Source: a bacterium (GTDB lineage: Bacteria > Patescibacteriota > CPR2 > UBA1875 > JAJYID01). Taken from it: 64,000 bases of DNA. Shown here in pieces: positions 53,979-63,195 of the stretch; position 1 is the first letter of the stretch; every line of letters starts with the position of its first letter. The DNA is taken from contig JAUSJO010000002.1 in NCBI GenBank assembly GCA_030647205.1, positions 305,771-369,770 of the forward strand. Reading direction: 5' to 3'. The translations under genes and the position numbers were made by a program. Below the pieces are notes generated by a model. That model worked only from the letters and a program-made list of their open reading frames with translations. It searched no databases and was not told where the DNA came from.

Positions 53979-54461
53979 ATGTCTATGGAAGAACAATATA
54001 TAGGTGAGCTGCAGAAATATGCAACTGATATTTTAAAGAAAGGCAATCAGGGGAAACCCCTGTGGATGCTTTCAAAATGGAACTGCAGCGAGGTATCTCG
54101 GATAGTTGGACTTAAGGTTCTCTCAGATTTGGGAGTATCTTCTAAGCCCTTTATTTTAAAAGGTAATGTTACCGTTACAGGACTAATCGAGGAGAATAAT
54201 CACGATATTTTGGGATTTTTCGATTCAGGGTCAAATATGTATATACTGATCGATCCAACAATATGGCAGTTCTTTCCGAAAATGAAAAAAATCTTCTTGG
54301 GTAAATTCAGTTCCGTAGATGACATTCTTAAGTTTGTTTCTGAATATTATAGAGGCGATTGGAAGGTTTCTGAAGAAGTTGATCCTACCCTTGAAAAAGA
54401 AGTGGCTGACTATTATAAGATTATTAAGCTGAACTGCGACCAGTCGCCGAATTGGGAGTAG
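53979..54461 (+). CDS. hypothetical protein (160 aa)
   Basis: Open frame with an upstream terminator/promoter region. No family recognised. Confidence 0.4.
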   Translation: MSMEEQYIGELQKYATDILKKGNQGKPLWMLSKWNCSEVSRIVGLKVLSDLGVSSKPFILKGNVTVTGLIEENNHDILGFFDSGSNMYILIDPTIWQFFPKMKKIFLGKFSSVDDILKFVSEYYRGDWKVSEEVDPTLEKEVADYYKIIKLNCDQSPNWE

Positions 54462-54496
54462 CTTATATGAATCTGGAGGAAGTATCCAAGTAGTCC

Positions 54497-56164
54497 TTAC
54501 TTCATCACCATCCTGGCGAGGCGAAGGTCGTTGTAAGAGTATTTTCCTTTGAGCTTTTCGTGGACGGGGCCAAGCCTGTCCGTATCAAGCTCGTAGAAAA
54601 CCTTGTGAATAGTTGGAAGAACACGTTTGAGTGGTGGCTCTATAATCCGCACCGCGTCAGAACGCTTTATTTTATCCAGAGAAACAAGATTTTCAATATG
54701 CGACAAGACAGTTCCTTCTGTGATATTGCGTTTTTCCGCAATTTCCTTGATAGACTTTCCTGACTGGAAAAGGGCCAAGGTTTCATCATAAGTGCTGCCA
54801 TGTGGCTTTTTATAGACCCCTTTTTGATATTTAGATTCCTTCAAATTGCCACCGCAGGCGGTAATAAATACATCATATTTTTTCTGCAGATCTTTGCTCG
54901 AGATACCCACAAAGCAGTCCTCTGCTTTATCGGAGGAAGCGCGAAACTCTTGGTCCTTTTCTAGTATGTCAGGATGGACAAGGAGAGCATGATCGTTACA
55001 ACCCAAGAGGTAGAGACCGGAAAGCCGGCGAACTCGCGACAATGCGACATAACCCTGGCCGTACTCAAAGACGCCTGATAAATCCATGATGGCAGCGTCT
55101 AAACTCATGCCCTGACTTTTGTGGATAGTAATAGCCCAAGCGAGGCGGAGAGGAATCTGCGTAACTTTTGCCCGTATCATTCCGTTTTCTTCAATTGTCC
55201 AGTCCATAGGTTCGGCTTCGATATGGCGTCCATCCATAGTTTTGACGACCGGATAACCGCTATCGTCGTCAAATCCGACTATCTTTCCGAGAGTGCCATT
55301 TACAAAGCCTGCCTTTGGATTATTTTTTGTAAACATTACGACCGCTCCCACTTTTACGGAAAATTCTTCCGGTGAAATACATCCTTTTTTTATGGCTGCG
55401 ACAAGTTGTCTTGGACCCACTTGTGCCATCTGAAAACTGGCTTCTTCCGATGAAATTTTTTCAAGTTCCGCGCTATTTATCCGGTCGACATCTATGTTAT
55501 GTGAGAAAAGTTTGGTTATTTCTAATGAATTTTCTAAATGCTGATCCATCCTTTTTTGGATGTGACAGAGATGTTCCTCGTCAAAGTTACCGGAGCGGAG
55601 GGCATTTAGAACCGACAAAAATTCTTTGTCGTCTTGACGATGCTGCTCTGTAATATAACAAATGGTCGGGTCGAGATCTGCCCAAGACTCTGATTCAAAA
55701 GCAAAATGGTTTGTTCCTCCTCCATGAGATATGGGTGGAAGCTGGAAGAAGTCGCCAACCAGAATAATCTGAAGTCCGCCAAAGGGTTGCTCATTTTCTC
55801 GGACTCTTTTGCAGACTAGATCCACCATAGTGAGTGTGTTTTCGCTAAGCATAGAAATCTCATCGATGATGAGCACGCTTGTTTTATTGATGCGCTTAGA
55901 AATGTAGCTTTTGCTTGCGATACGACCGAGATCGGCGCTTGAGAGCATTTCCTTGATACCAATCCCGCTCCATGAGTGGATGGTCATACCGCCGATGTGC
56001 GTGGCGGCGATGCCGGTAGATGCGGTGATAGCCGGTTCAATACCGTGAGAACGCAGATATTCAACATAACGGTTGATGGTATGCGTTTTGCCCGATCCCG
56101 GTTCGCCGGTTAGGAAAACATTTACCCCGGTTTTGCATATTGAAAAAGCTGTGTCTTGTGTCAT
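54497..56164 (-). CDS. RecD/Pif1-like SF1 DNA helicase with C-terminal helix-turn-helix domain
   Basis: Contains Walker A (GEPGSGKTH), Walker B (LIIDEISML) and a motif VI-like AITIHKSQG. The C-terminus carries an HTH (SIKEIAEKRNITEGTVLSHIENL). Confidence 0.75.
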   Translation of the reverse strand: MTQDTAFSICKTGVNVFLTGEPGSGKTHTINRYVEYLRSHGIEPAITASTGIAATHIGGMTIHSWSGIGIKEMLSSADLGRIASKSYISKRINKTSVLIIDEISMLSENTLTMVDLVCKRVRENEQPFGGLQIILVGDFFQLPPISHGGGTNHFAFESESWADLDPTICYITEQHRQDDKEFLSVLNALRSGNFDEEHLCHIQKRMDQHLENSLEITKLFSHNIDVDRINSAELEKISSEEASFQMAQVGPRQLVAAIKKGCISPEEFSVKVGAVVMFTKNNPKAGFVNGTLGKIVGFDDDSGYPVVKTMDGRHIEAEPMDWTIEENGMIRAKVTQIPLRLAWAITIHKSQGMSLDAAIMDLSGVFEYGQGYVALSRVRRLSGLYLLGCNDHALLVHPDILEKDQEFRASSDKAEDCFVGISSKDLQKKYDVFITACGGNLKESKYQKGVYKKPHGSTYDETLALFQSGKSIKEIAEKRNITEGTVLSHIENLVSLDKIKRSDAVRIIEPPLKRVLPTIHKVFYELDTDRLGPVHEKLKGKYSYNDLRLARMVMK

Positions 56165-56266
56165 ATTCTTTAAATTATTTTTAGTAAGTGTCTTGAATCA
56201 AGAATATAGTTTTACCCAAAAAAATCTAGTATACAAAACTATGCAAAGGCTCGAATAAAAATAACT

Positions 56267-56875
56267 TTAGTTTAAGTTTACTCCTGAGGTTATTTTACTG
56301 TAGTCAGGTATTTGCTTTTGGAATAGACGCTGAACGGTACCAAAGTCACCGTTAAAAGTGCCCAAAGTACCGCTACTTAGACCACCTGCAGAACAGCTGG
56401 AAGACCATAATTTTTTAGATGCGTTGGGAAAACCGGTCGAGGAGAAAAAATACGTATTGCCAAGTGGGCATTGACCCTCCGGATTGGAAGCTGCCTGGTT
56501 TCCTTTTTCTTTGGTAAATCCCGCTCCCTGTAGTGCCGTCAAGAATGGTTTGTATGCTTCGGGGGTGTTGGGATAGGACTGGGACTTTATAGGAATGTAT
56601 TGATATCCTCCCAAGACCTCAATGAGTCGGCTATCTTTAGACACGGTTATCCTGATACTGCGATGCAGTTCAGCTCCATTTACAGAACCCTCAGCCATAA
56701 AAGTGACAGTGGCATCGCTGTTAGCGGACTCGTCCAGGGCAACAGTATTAACAATATTTTTTTCTACCGGGACTCCTCGTCCTTGAAAACTCAAAGAGAT
56801 GAGTACCACCGCTAATAAAAAAGCAATAATTCCTATTATGACTAAAACATTCTTCATAGTAGTATTATGCTTCAT
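56267..56875 (-). CDS. hypothetical secreted/membrane-anchored protein
   Basis: An N-terminal signal anchor (VLVIIGIIAFLLAVVLISL) is present. Confidence 0.45.
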   Translation of the reverse strand: MKHNTTMKNVLVIIGIIAFLLAVVLISLSFQGRGVPVEKNIVNTVALDESANSDATVTFMAEGSVNGAELHRSIRITVSKDSRLIEVLGGYQYIPIKSQSYPNTPEAYKPFLTALQGAGFTKEKGNQAASNPEGQCPLGNTYFFSSTGFPNASKKLWSSSCSAGGLSSGTLGTFNGDFGTVQRLFQKQIPDYSKITSGVNLN

Positions 56876-57046
56876 ATGAGGGATATTTAATACATTAAAT
56901 ATTACAAATCTATTATGCTGACTAAAGATTCAAGCTCATAAAATTAACCGTATAGATATCTTAATATGTTTTTTATGGTATAATCTAGTTTAGTGAGGGT
57001 CCGCATCGGAGGCGGATCTTTTTGGACTTTGAGGGAGGTGTTATAT

Positions 57047-57793
57047 TTGTCGAAATTTATCGATTCTTTCAGGAATAACAAGGACAGTGTCAACGGAAAG
57101 ATTTTTCTTCCCGTTATACACTTAAATCCCAGAGACGGTATGGGCAGTGCTATGGATGGGGTCCGGGTGGCAGCAGATGCCGGTGCTGACGGAGCCTTCC
57201 TGATAGCTCACGGCGGACTAGACTATCGCCAGGTGGCAGAAATACAAGAGTCAGTGCTAAACCGGTTTCAGCGTGATACAGGAGTACTGTTCCCGATCGG
57301 AGTTAACTGGTTGGATCTGATGAGAGAGCCCGAGAAAATGATCCATGAAGCCAGCCGGATCGGAACGGTGTCAATGATTTGGAGCGATGCTCCCGGGAAT
57401 GGAGAGGAAATACTCCAGGCTCGTCGGGACACCATGTGGGATGGTTTCTACATGGGAGCTGTCGGTTTCAAGTACCAAGCCCATGTTTCTAACGAGGAGC
57501 TTCCTGAAGTTGCGCGGAGATCATCTAGCTTCATGGATGTACTGGTCACTAGCGGTGACGGTACTGGTATCGCCATCAATCCCGAGAGAACGAAGATCAT
57601 TCGTGAGGCAGTTGGACTCGAAAAACCGATAGCGGTAGCCAGCGGGGTGTCTATCAGTAACTATGGGGATATAATTCCTTATGTTGATTGCTTCCTGGTC
57701 GCTACTTCTATTCTTTTTAAGCACGACGATCATCGTCTTGATGCAGAAAAGACTCAGGTTCTGGCTGAGGCGATTCATGGCTGGACACCGTAA
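57047..57793 (+). CDS. BtpA/SgcQ-family-like predicted TIM-barrel protein; GC-rich relative to the neighbourhood
   Basis: Blocks such as PVIHLNPRDGMGS…AGADGAFLIAHGG…VTSGDGTGIAI are present. A TGGTATAAT box lies at 56976-56984, with a GGGAGG RBS and a TTG start at 57047. Confidence 0.45.
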   Translation: MSKFIDSFRNNKDSVNGKIFLPVIHLNPRDGMGSAMDGVRVAADAGADGAFLIAHGGLDYRQVAEIQESVLNRFQRDTGVLFPIGVNWLDLMREPEKMIHEASRIGTVSMIWSDAPGNGEEILQARRDTMWDGFYMGAVGFKYQAHVSNEELPEVARRSSSFMDVLVTSGDGTGIAINPERTKIIREAVGLEKPIAVASGVSISNYGDIIPYVDCFLVATSILFKHDDHRLDAEKTQVLAEAIHGWTP

Positions 57794-57807
57794 GTTCCTT
57801 TGACAAA

Positions 57808-57845
57808 TAAAGCCCGCGTCTAACGATGCGGGCTTTTCCTTTATC
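57808..57845 (+). terminator. rho-independent terminator (AGCCCGC…GCGGGCTTTTCCTTT)
   Basis: A 7-bp GC stem is followed by a T-rich tract. Confidence 0.65.
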
Positions 57846-57887
57846 AAAGATCTTAGAGGAAGAAGGTTTTGTGGTATAATTTTACCC

Positions 57888-59177
57888 ATGAAAGAAAATT
57901 TAGAGATATCTCATGAAGAGATAGGAGAAGAAAATATAACAGACACTCTCGTTGAGGAAGATATTGGCGAGTCGCTTTTGGATATAGACGAAGACCAAGA
58001 TTTCATGATGGGAGTAGAGGGAGCTCCTATAGAACCCGGTGACACCTTTGATGCAGAGAAGGAACTGGGTAGTATACTTAGGGCGCAGACAGAAGAAAGG
58101 TCGGCTTTACTAAAACGCTTTAAGGAAAGACTCAGCTACCAAAAAGAGGGTCTCGCTGATATGCAGATGAATTTTGTGGAAACAATATTTGAAAATCCGG
58201 ATATTTCAAGACGAGAGCTATATGATATAGCCGGTGAATATAAGGAAAAGTATGGTCTAACTCCAGATCAAGCAGCAATAGTTATGGCCCTGGTTGATAA
58301 GTACGCAAGCATACATTCTGATTTAAAAGTTGTTAGAGAAGAGTACCCGACCGGCGCAGATTTTTTCAAAGGGTTTACCGGAGAATATCCCGAGGGGGAA
58401 GTGGAATGGGTAGATAACCCTATAGCTCTTCATCTCTCTCTAAAAAATATAAATGATTATGCAAAAGCTAGAGGAGATAAGGTAAAAAATTGTAAAACTT
58501 ATCCTGCATGTCTTTCAAGGCATGAGATAACCTCGGTACGTGACAGGCCTCCATTTATGTGTAAACTTCCCTTTGTACTCGACAACCTCGATGAAGAAAA
58601 GACGTTACCGGAGTGGATGGAGGAGGTAACGGTGCACGAATATCAGCATGTTCTTTATAGAATATTCAACATGGCTGAGATAACAGAGGCTTACGGTCAT
58701 ATTGCAGGTAGGGAGAACTTGGCTTCACTAGACAGTGAAAAGAAACTGAGAAGGGTACTTTCTCAGGATAAGGCTTTTGCTGAAGGCTTGGCAAAAAATG
58801 AACTGATTGCATACCTAAAAAATAATGGAGATCTTAAGAGGGCCTACCGAATGCTCAAACAGACTGATGAGAGGAATATAGTGCAAAAAATGTTTATGAA
58901 GCGAGGGCCTGCCTATGATTTTTCGGTGCACAATTATATGACCGATGACGATATCAAGGATCTTCCTATGGCAGATCGGTTAAAATCCCGTAATATAAAA
59001 AAGAAAATTTTTACAAAAGAGCTGGACGATGCTATTTGGAAAGGAGTTTTATCGGTGCACTCACTGACAGAATCACTTGGATATACACAAGATAAAGCTC
59101 TGGCGCTTTTGTCTCCCGAACCATTAGCTAAGTGGCCAAAGGTTGTAAAGAGAATGTGCGAATCACAAGATGAGTGA
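57888..59177 (+). CDS. hypothetical protein with acidic N-terminus and an HEYQH (HExxH) motif
   Basis: The TGGTATAAT box ends 8 nt before the ATG, so the mRNA is likely leaderless. No family recognised. Confidence 0.45.
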   Translation: MKENLEISHEEIGEENITDTLVEEDIGESLLDIDEDQDFMMGVEGAPIEPGDTFDAEKELGSILRAQTEERSALLKRFKERLSYQKEGLADMQMNFVETIFENPDISRRELYDIAGEYKEKYGLTPDQAAIVMALVDKYASIHSDLKVVREEYPTGADFFKGFTGEYPEGEVEWVDNPIALHLSLKNINDYAKARGDKVKNCKTYPACLSRHEITSVRDRPPFMCKLPFVLDNLDEEKTLPEWMEEVTVHEYQHVLYRIFNMAEITEAYGHIAGRENLASLDSEKKLRRVLSQDKAFAEGLAKNELIAYLKNNGDLKRAYRMLKQTDERNIVQKMFMKRGPAYDFSVHNYMTDDDIKDLPMADRLKSRNIKKKIFTKELDDAIWKGVLSVHSLTESLGYTQDKALALLSPEPLAKWPKVVKRMCESQDE

Positions 59178-60082
59178 TTTTTTATGGTATAATCACTCTT
59201 ATGTGGATAGTACTAACGCTTATATCTGCCGCGCTTTTTGCGGTAGTAAATATTTTTGACAAGATTGTTTTGAACAAATGGGTCAAAGATCCGCTTGTTC
59301 CTGCTATTGTTGTCGGTGTTATCAACCTTGTAGCGGCAGGCTTTATATTCCTGTTTCATAGTGTGCCGCATTTTTCTAGTATCAATATCTTGCTTGCTAT
59401 AGTAGTTGGCTTTTTGGGGTTTCTTTCTACTATAACCTATTACAAAGCGGTTCAGCTTGACGATATATCTCGCGTGGCCCCGCTTTTTCAGTTGGAGCCC
59501 TTATTTGTTGTAGTTTTAGCTGCCGTGTTTCTAGGCGAGGTTTTTTCCGTTTCAAAATACATCGGTGTTTTCATGTTGGTTTTAGGGGCGCTCACCATAT
59601 CTTTAAAAAGTTTTAAGAGTTTGAGACTAGGCAAGTCGTTTTGGTTAATGGTTTTAACAGGATTTATTATCTCTATATCTCTTGTCTTGTATAAAAGGTT
59701 GCTTGACTACGGCGATTTCTGGACGGTTTTTGCCTATTCCCGTATCGGGATGATCCCCGTGCTTACTTTTGTCGTTTATAAAAGTTTTAAAAATCTTTTA
59801 GATACTGTCAAATGTCATGGTAAAAGATGTTTGTTTTTAATGACAGCCGGAGAAAGTTTGGGCGTTGTGGCTATGTTCTTTTCTATAGCCGCTTTTGCTG
59901 TCGGTACAGCCACACTAGTTAATGCACTCGGCTCGGTACAGCCCCTCTTTCTACTATTTTTCAGTATAATCCTTAGTCTTTTTCTCCCTAGAATATTTTC
60001 CGAAGAGATAAAAAAAGGAGTATTACTCCAAAAAATATTTGCTGTAGCTCTCTTGATAGTTGGCGGTTTGCTGGTAGTATAA
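59174..60082 (+). CDS. EamA/DMT-family transporter (10 TM)
   Basis: Two EamA-like repeats of hydrophobic helices are present. The true start may be the Met at 59201, just downstream of TGGTATAAT at 59185-59193. Confidence 0.7.
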   Translation: MIFYGIITLMWIVLTLISAALFAVVNIFDKIVLNKWVKDPLVPAIVVGVINLVAAGFIFLFHSVPHFSSINILLAIVVGFLGFLSTITYYKAVQLDDISRVAPLFQLEPLFVVVLAAVFLGEVFSVSKYIGVFMLVLGALTISLKSFKSLRLGKSFWLMVLTGFIISISLVLYKRLLDYGDFWTVFAYSRIGMIPVLTFVVYKSFKNLLDTVKCHGKRCLFLMTAGESLGVVAMFFSIAAFAVGTATLVNALGSVQPLFLLFFSIILSLFLPRIFSEEIKKGVLLQKIFAVALLIVGGLLVV

Positions 60083-60095
60083 AAGGAATTAAAAA

Positions 60096-61094
60096 ATGGA
60101 TAAAGCCAAAGGTAAAAAGAATCAATATAAAGCACATCTTTCCCGGGTACATTCTCGTCTTAACGCGCCGGATAATCTCGTGAAGCAAGTTGTGAGAGAA
60201 GCCACTGGTGAGGAAATCGTTGATAAAATAAGGATAATTGCGGGAGAAATCAATGAAGTCTACGATGTAACTTTAGGAAACGGAGGCAATGTTGTCGTTA
60301 GGATTTCACGACAAAAGAGGCCCGACTTTGGTCAAGAAGAGTGGGCTATCAAAAAGTGCATAGAAGCCGGGGTCCCTGCTCCGGAAGTTCTCTTGATTAA
60401 ACACGTTCAAAATGGCGAAGAGTTATTATCCTTCTCGGTTTTAAGAAAGATTACAGGAGTGACCCTGGATACTATAGTAGATTCTAAGGGATGGAGCAGT
60501 GAACAGGTCAAAGATTATGCTGTACAGGCTGGTGAGATTTTGGCAAAGATGCACTCCATAAAAACTGATGGGTTTGGAGATATTGATGATACGGGTAAGG
60601 GAAAATACAAAAAATACGAGGATATTTTTCTGAAAGAAGTTAATAATAAGGAGGGTTACATGCAGTTAGCAAAAGACGTAAGTCTAGACCCCAAACTTAT
60701 AGAAAAGGCTCTCGATATTTTGGCTAGTCACAGGGATATATACGGAGAAGTTAAAGTCCCTCACTTGACTCATGGCGACTTTGCTCCAAAGCATATCATG
60801 GTTAATGATGGAAAAGTTGTCGGTATTTTAGACTTTGGACTGGTTGCCGGAAACTCTCCGGTTTACGATTTTGTTCGATGGGACTTTTGGTTTGGAGAGT
60901 CTTTTCCTATTGATTCAGTAAAAGAAGGATATACAAACAAAGATATTTTTAATGATAAGTCTATCCAGAAGCTGACATCTCTCATGATGGTATACTTAGG
61001 CCTGACAAATATATACTGGTATCATATGACGAGTTATGATGAAGGAGTCGATAGAATAAAAAACAAGCTAATTTCAGAGCTAGAATCTTTCTAA
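60096..61094 (+). CDS. aminoglycoside/choline-kinase-type phosphotransferase (APH family)
   Basis: The catalytic loop HLTHGDFAPKHIMV and the metal-binding IGILDFGL are present. Confidence 0.7.
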   Translation: MDKAKGKKNQYKAHLSRVHSRLNAPDNLVKQVVREATGEEIVDKIRIIAGEINEVYDVTLGNGGNVVVRISRQKRPDFGQEEWAIKKCIEAGVPAPEVLLIKHVQNGEELLSFSVLRKITGVTLDTIVDSKGWSSEQVKDYAVQAGEILAKMHSIKTDGFGDIDDTGKGKYKKYEDIFLKEVNNKEGYMQLAKDVSLDPKLIEKALDILASHRDIYGEVKVPHLTHGDFAPKHIMVNDGKVVGILDFGLVAGNSPVYDFVRWDFWFGESFPIDSVKEGYTNKDIFNDKSIQKLTSLMMVYLGLTNIYWYHMTSYDEGVDRIKNKLISELESF

Positions 61095-61181
61095 GGCAAA
61101 ATACCGTTATGAAAGCAAAATAACCTTGATAAAAAGCATAAATTGTAGTATAATTTTTTATTCTTAAGTTAAGGTTGTGAA

Positions 61182-62456
61182 ATGAAGATATTGATTACAG
61201 CAGGCGGGACTATTTCTAGGATCGATGACGTCAGGCACATCGGTAACTTCAGCTCGGGCTCTTTCCCATCAAAAATAGCAGAGGTGGCTCTCCAGAAGAA
61301 ACACGAGGTTATTTATCTTCATGCAAAGAAGGCTCGGACACCTTTTGATGCACAAAATGTTTTGGATCTGAATGAGGCGATAAAGATGAGTAAGGAAGAT
61401 CTGAAGAAAAAATATTTAGATATCCAGAGTCTAGAGTCAAACTTGAGACTGGCCTCATTTGAAACGGTAGACGAGTATATGCAGTCAGTGGAAAAGATCC
61501 TTAAGAAAGAAAAAGTAGATGTCATTTTTCTGGCGGCGGCTGTTTCTGATTATTCTCCCCCGAAGGTAGAAGGGAAGATCTCGTCTGACAAAGAAAAACT
61601 GACTATAGAACTTAAAAGAACTCCTAAGGTAATAAAACATATCAAAAAATGGGCTCCAAATCCTATCTTTCAGGTTGGATTTAAGCTTCTCTCAGGAGTT
61701 TCCGAGGAAGAGCTCGCGGAAGCTGCGTACAAGTCGGGGCTAGAAAACAAGTCAAATTTGACAGTTGCGAACGATCTTGAAAAGATCAAGAATGGTGCAA
61801 GGGAAGTTTTTTTGGTTACTCCGGAAAAGGGAAAAATTAAGATAAAAGAACCTGATGTCTCAAAGAAAGTTTTTGAGTTTGTCGAAAAAAGAGCAAAGAC
61901 AACATTTTTTAAAACTAAGGTTGAGGCGGAAAGGGGTTTAGAACTAAAGTTTGAGAAACTCTTTGCTGAGATGAAAGAAGCGGTTGCAGAACTTTACGAA
62001 AGAAATTTGCTTGAAGAGTTTTATTCGGGAAGCGGACATTTCCATGGGAGCGTTTCTCTAAGGGTCGATGAGGATAAGTTTTTAATAACGGGGAGAGAGA
62101 CGGATAAAAGAAACCTTAAATCTGAAGAAATAGCTTTGGTTGATAAGGTTGATCTGAAAAAAAGAGAAGTTTTTACGAGATCGCTTAGCGGTAAAAAACC
62201 ATCTCTAAATGCTGTACTTTCTTTCGAAATATTCAAGAAATTCCCCGAAGCAAATGTTATTGTCCATACTCATAGCAAAGTTCCAAAAATCCCAGAAACT
62301 TCTTTTGCTTACCCTCCGGGGACCTTGGAATATAGTTTAGGTCCGATAGAGCTTCTAAAAAAATCGAGGATGGTTAGCTTGAAGGATCATGGGCAGGTTA
62401 CAATAGGTCAAGATTTAAAGGAAACGGTGGATTATGTCACAAAAAATGTTAAATAG
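61182..62456 (+). CDS. coaB: fusion protein: phosphopantothenate--cysteine ligase (CoaB/DFP domain) + class II aldolase/adducin-like domain
   Basis: The N-terminus (ILITAGGTISRIDDVRHIGNFSSGSF…FLAAAVSDY…VGFKL…LTVANDL) matches the CoaB motif TAGxTxExIDPVRFIxNxSSG. The C-terminal ~190 aa carry VIVHTHS…LKDHGQVTIGQDLKETVDYV (class II aldolase HxH zinc site and NHG-type block). Confidence 0.65.
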   Translation: MKILITAGGTISRIDDVRHIGNFSSGSFPSKIAEVALQKKHEVIYLHAKKARTPFDAQNVLDLNEAIKMSKEDLKKKYLDIQSLESNLRLASFETVDEYMQSVEKILKKEKVDVIFLAAAVSDYSPPKVEGKISSDKEKLTIELKRTPKVIKHIKKWAPNPIFQVGFKLLSGVSEEELAEAAYKSGLENKSNLTVANDLEKIKNGAREVFLVTPEKGKIKIKEPDVSKKVFEFVEKRAKTTFFKTKVEAERGLELKFEKLFAEMKEAVAELYERNLLEEFYSGSGHFHGSVSLRVDEDKFLITGRETDKRNLKSEEIALVDKVDLKKREVFTRSLSGKKPSLNAVLSFEIFKKFPEANVIVHTHSKVPKIPETSFAYPPGTLEYSLGPIELLKKSRMVSLKDHGQVTIGQDLKETVDYVTKNVK

Positions 62457-63195
62457 TTTAGATGGAAACGCATATGAGGATTTTCCTGAATACTACGATC
62501 TTTTGTACCAAAGATACTTTAAAAGCGTTCCCAAATTTATCTCTCTGATTGAAACAGAGACGAAAAAAGGATGGAAACTGCTTGAAATAGCGGCAGGAAC
62601 AGGTGAGGTTGTTATCCCTCTTTTGGAGGATGGTTATGATGTGACGAGTTTTGATTTAAATGAGGGGATGCTAAAAGAACTTCAAAAAAAGGCGAGCATA
62701 AAGGGTTTAGCGGCAAAGGTGATACATGGGGATATGAATGAGATAGACTTCTTAGAAGCTTTTGACCTTATTTACATGCGGCAGTCTATAAACTATTTTC
62801 TAGGAGAAAACAATCTTCAAAACGGATTAAAGAAAATCAACAGAGCCTTGAAGCCTGGTGGTAAGTTTATCTTTAATGCTCCAAACTTTAGGAAAGAGCA
62901 ACCAGATTATCCCGTAGTAAAAAATATTTATGAATATGGAGATAGATATGCTTTTGTTTTGGAGACAAATGAACTTGACGGAAGGATTCTAAAACACGCT
63001 CAGGATTCGATCGTTTGGAAAGACGGAGGGCAGCCTAGATATATCAAGGATTCAAATGATTTTTATATGTATACAAAAGAGGAGTTCGATAAAAGTCTAG
63101 AAAAGGCGGGATTTCCAGAGAGAAAAATCTTGGGAGGAGACTTAAGGGTGTATAAGGAAGATAGTAAAACTATCTATGGAGTGGCTAAAAAATGA
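62434..63195 (+). CDS. class I SAM-dependent methyltransferase
   Basis: Motif I LEIAAGTGEV is present, with motif II/post-I blocks (DVTSFDL; FDLIYM). Confidence 0.7.
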   Translation: MSQKMLNSLDGNAYEDFPEYYDLLYQRYFKSVPKFISLIETETKKGWKLLEIAAGTGEVVIPLLEDGYDVTSFDLNEGMLKELQKKASIKGLAAKVIHGDMNEIDFLEAFDLIYMRQSINYFLGENNLQNGLKKINRALKPGGKFIFNAPNFRKEQPDYPVVKNIYEYGDRYAFVLETNELDGRILKHAQDSIVWKDGGQPRYIKDSNDFYMYTKEEFDKSLEKAGFPERKILGGDLRVYKEDSKTIYGVAKK

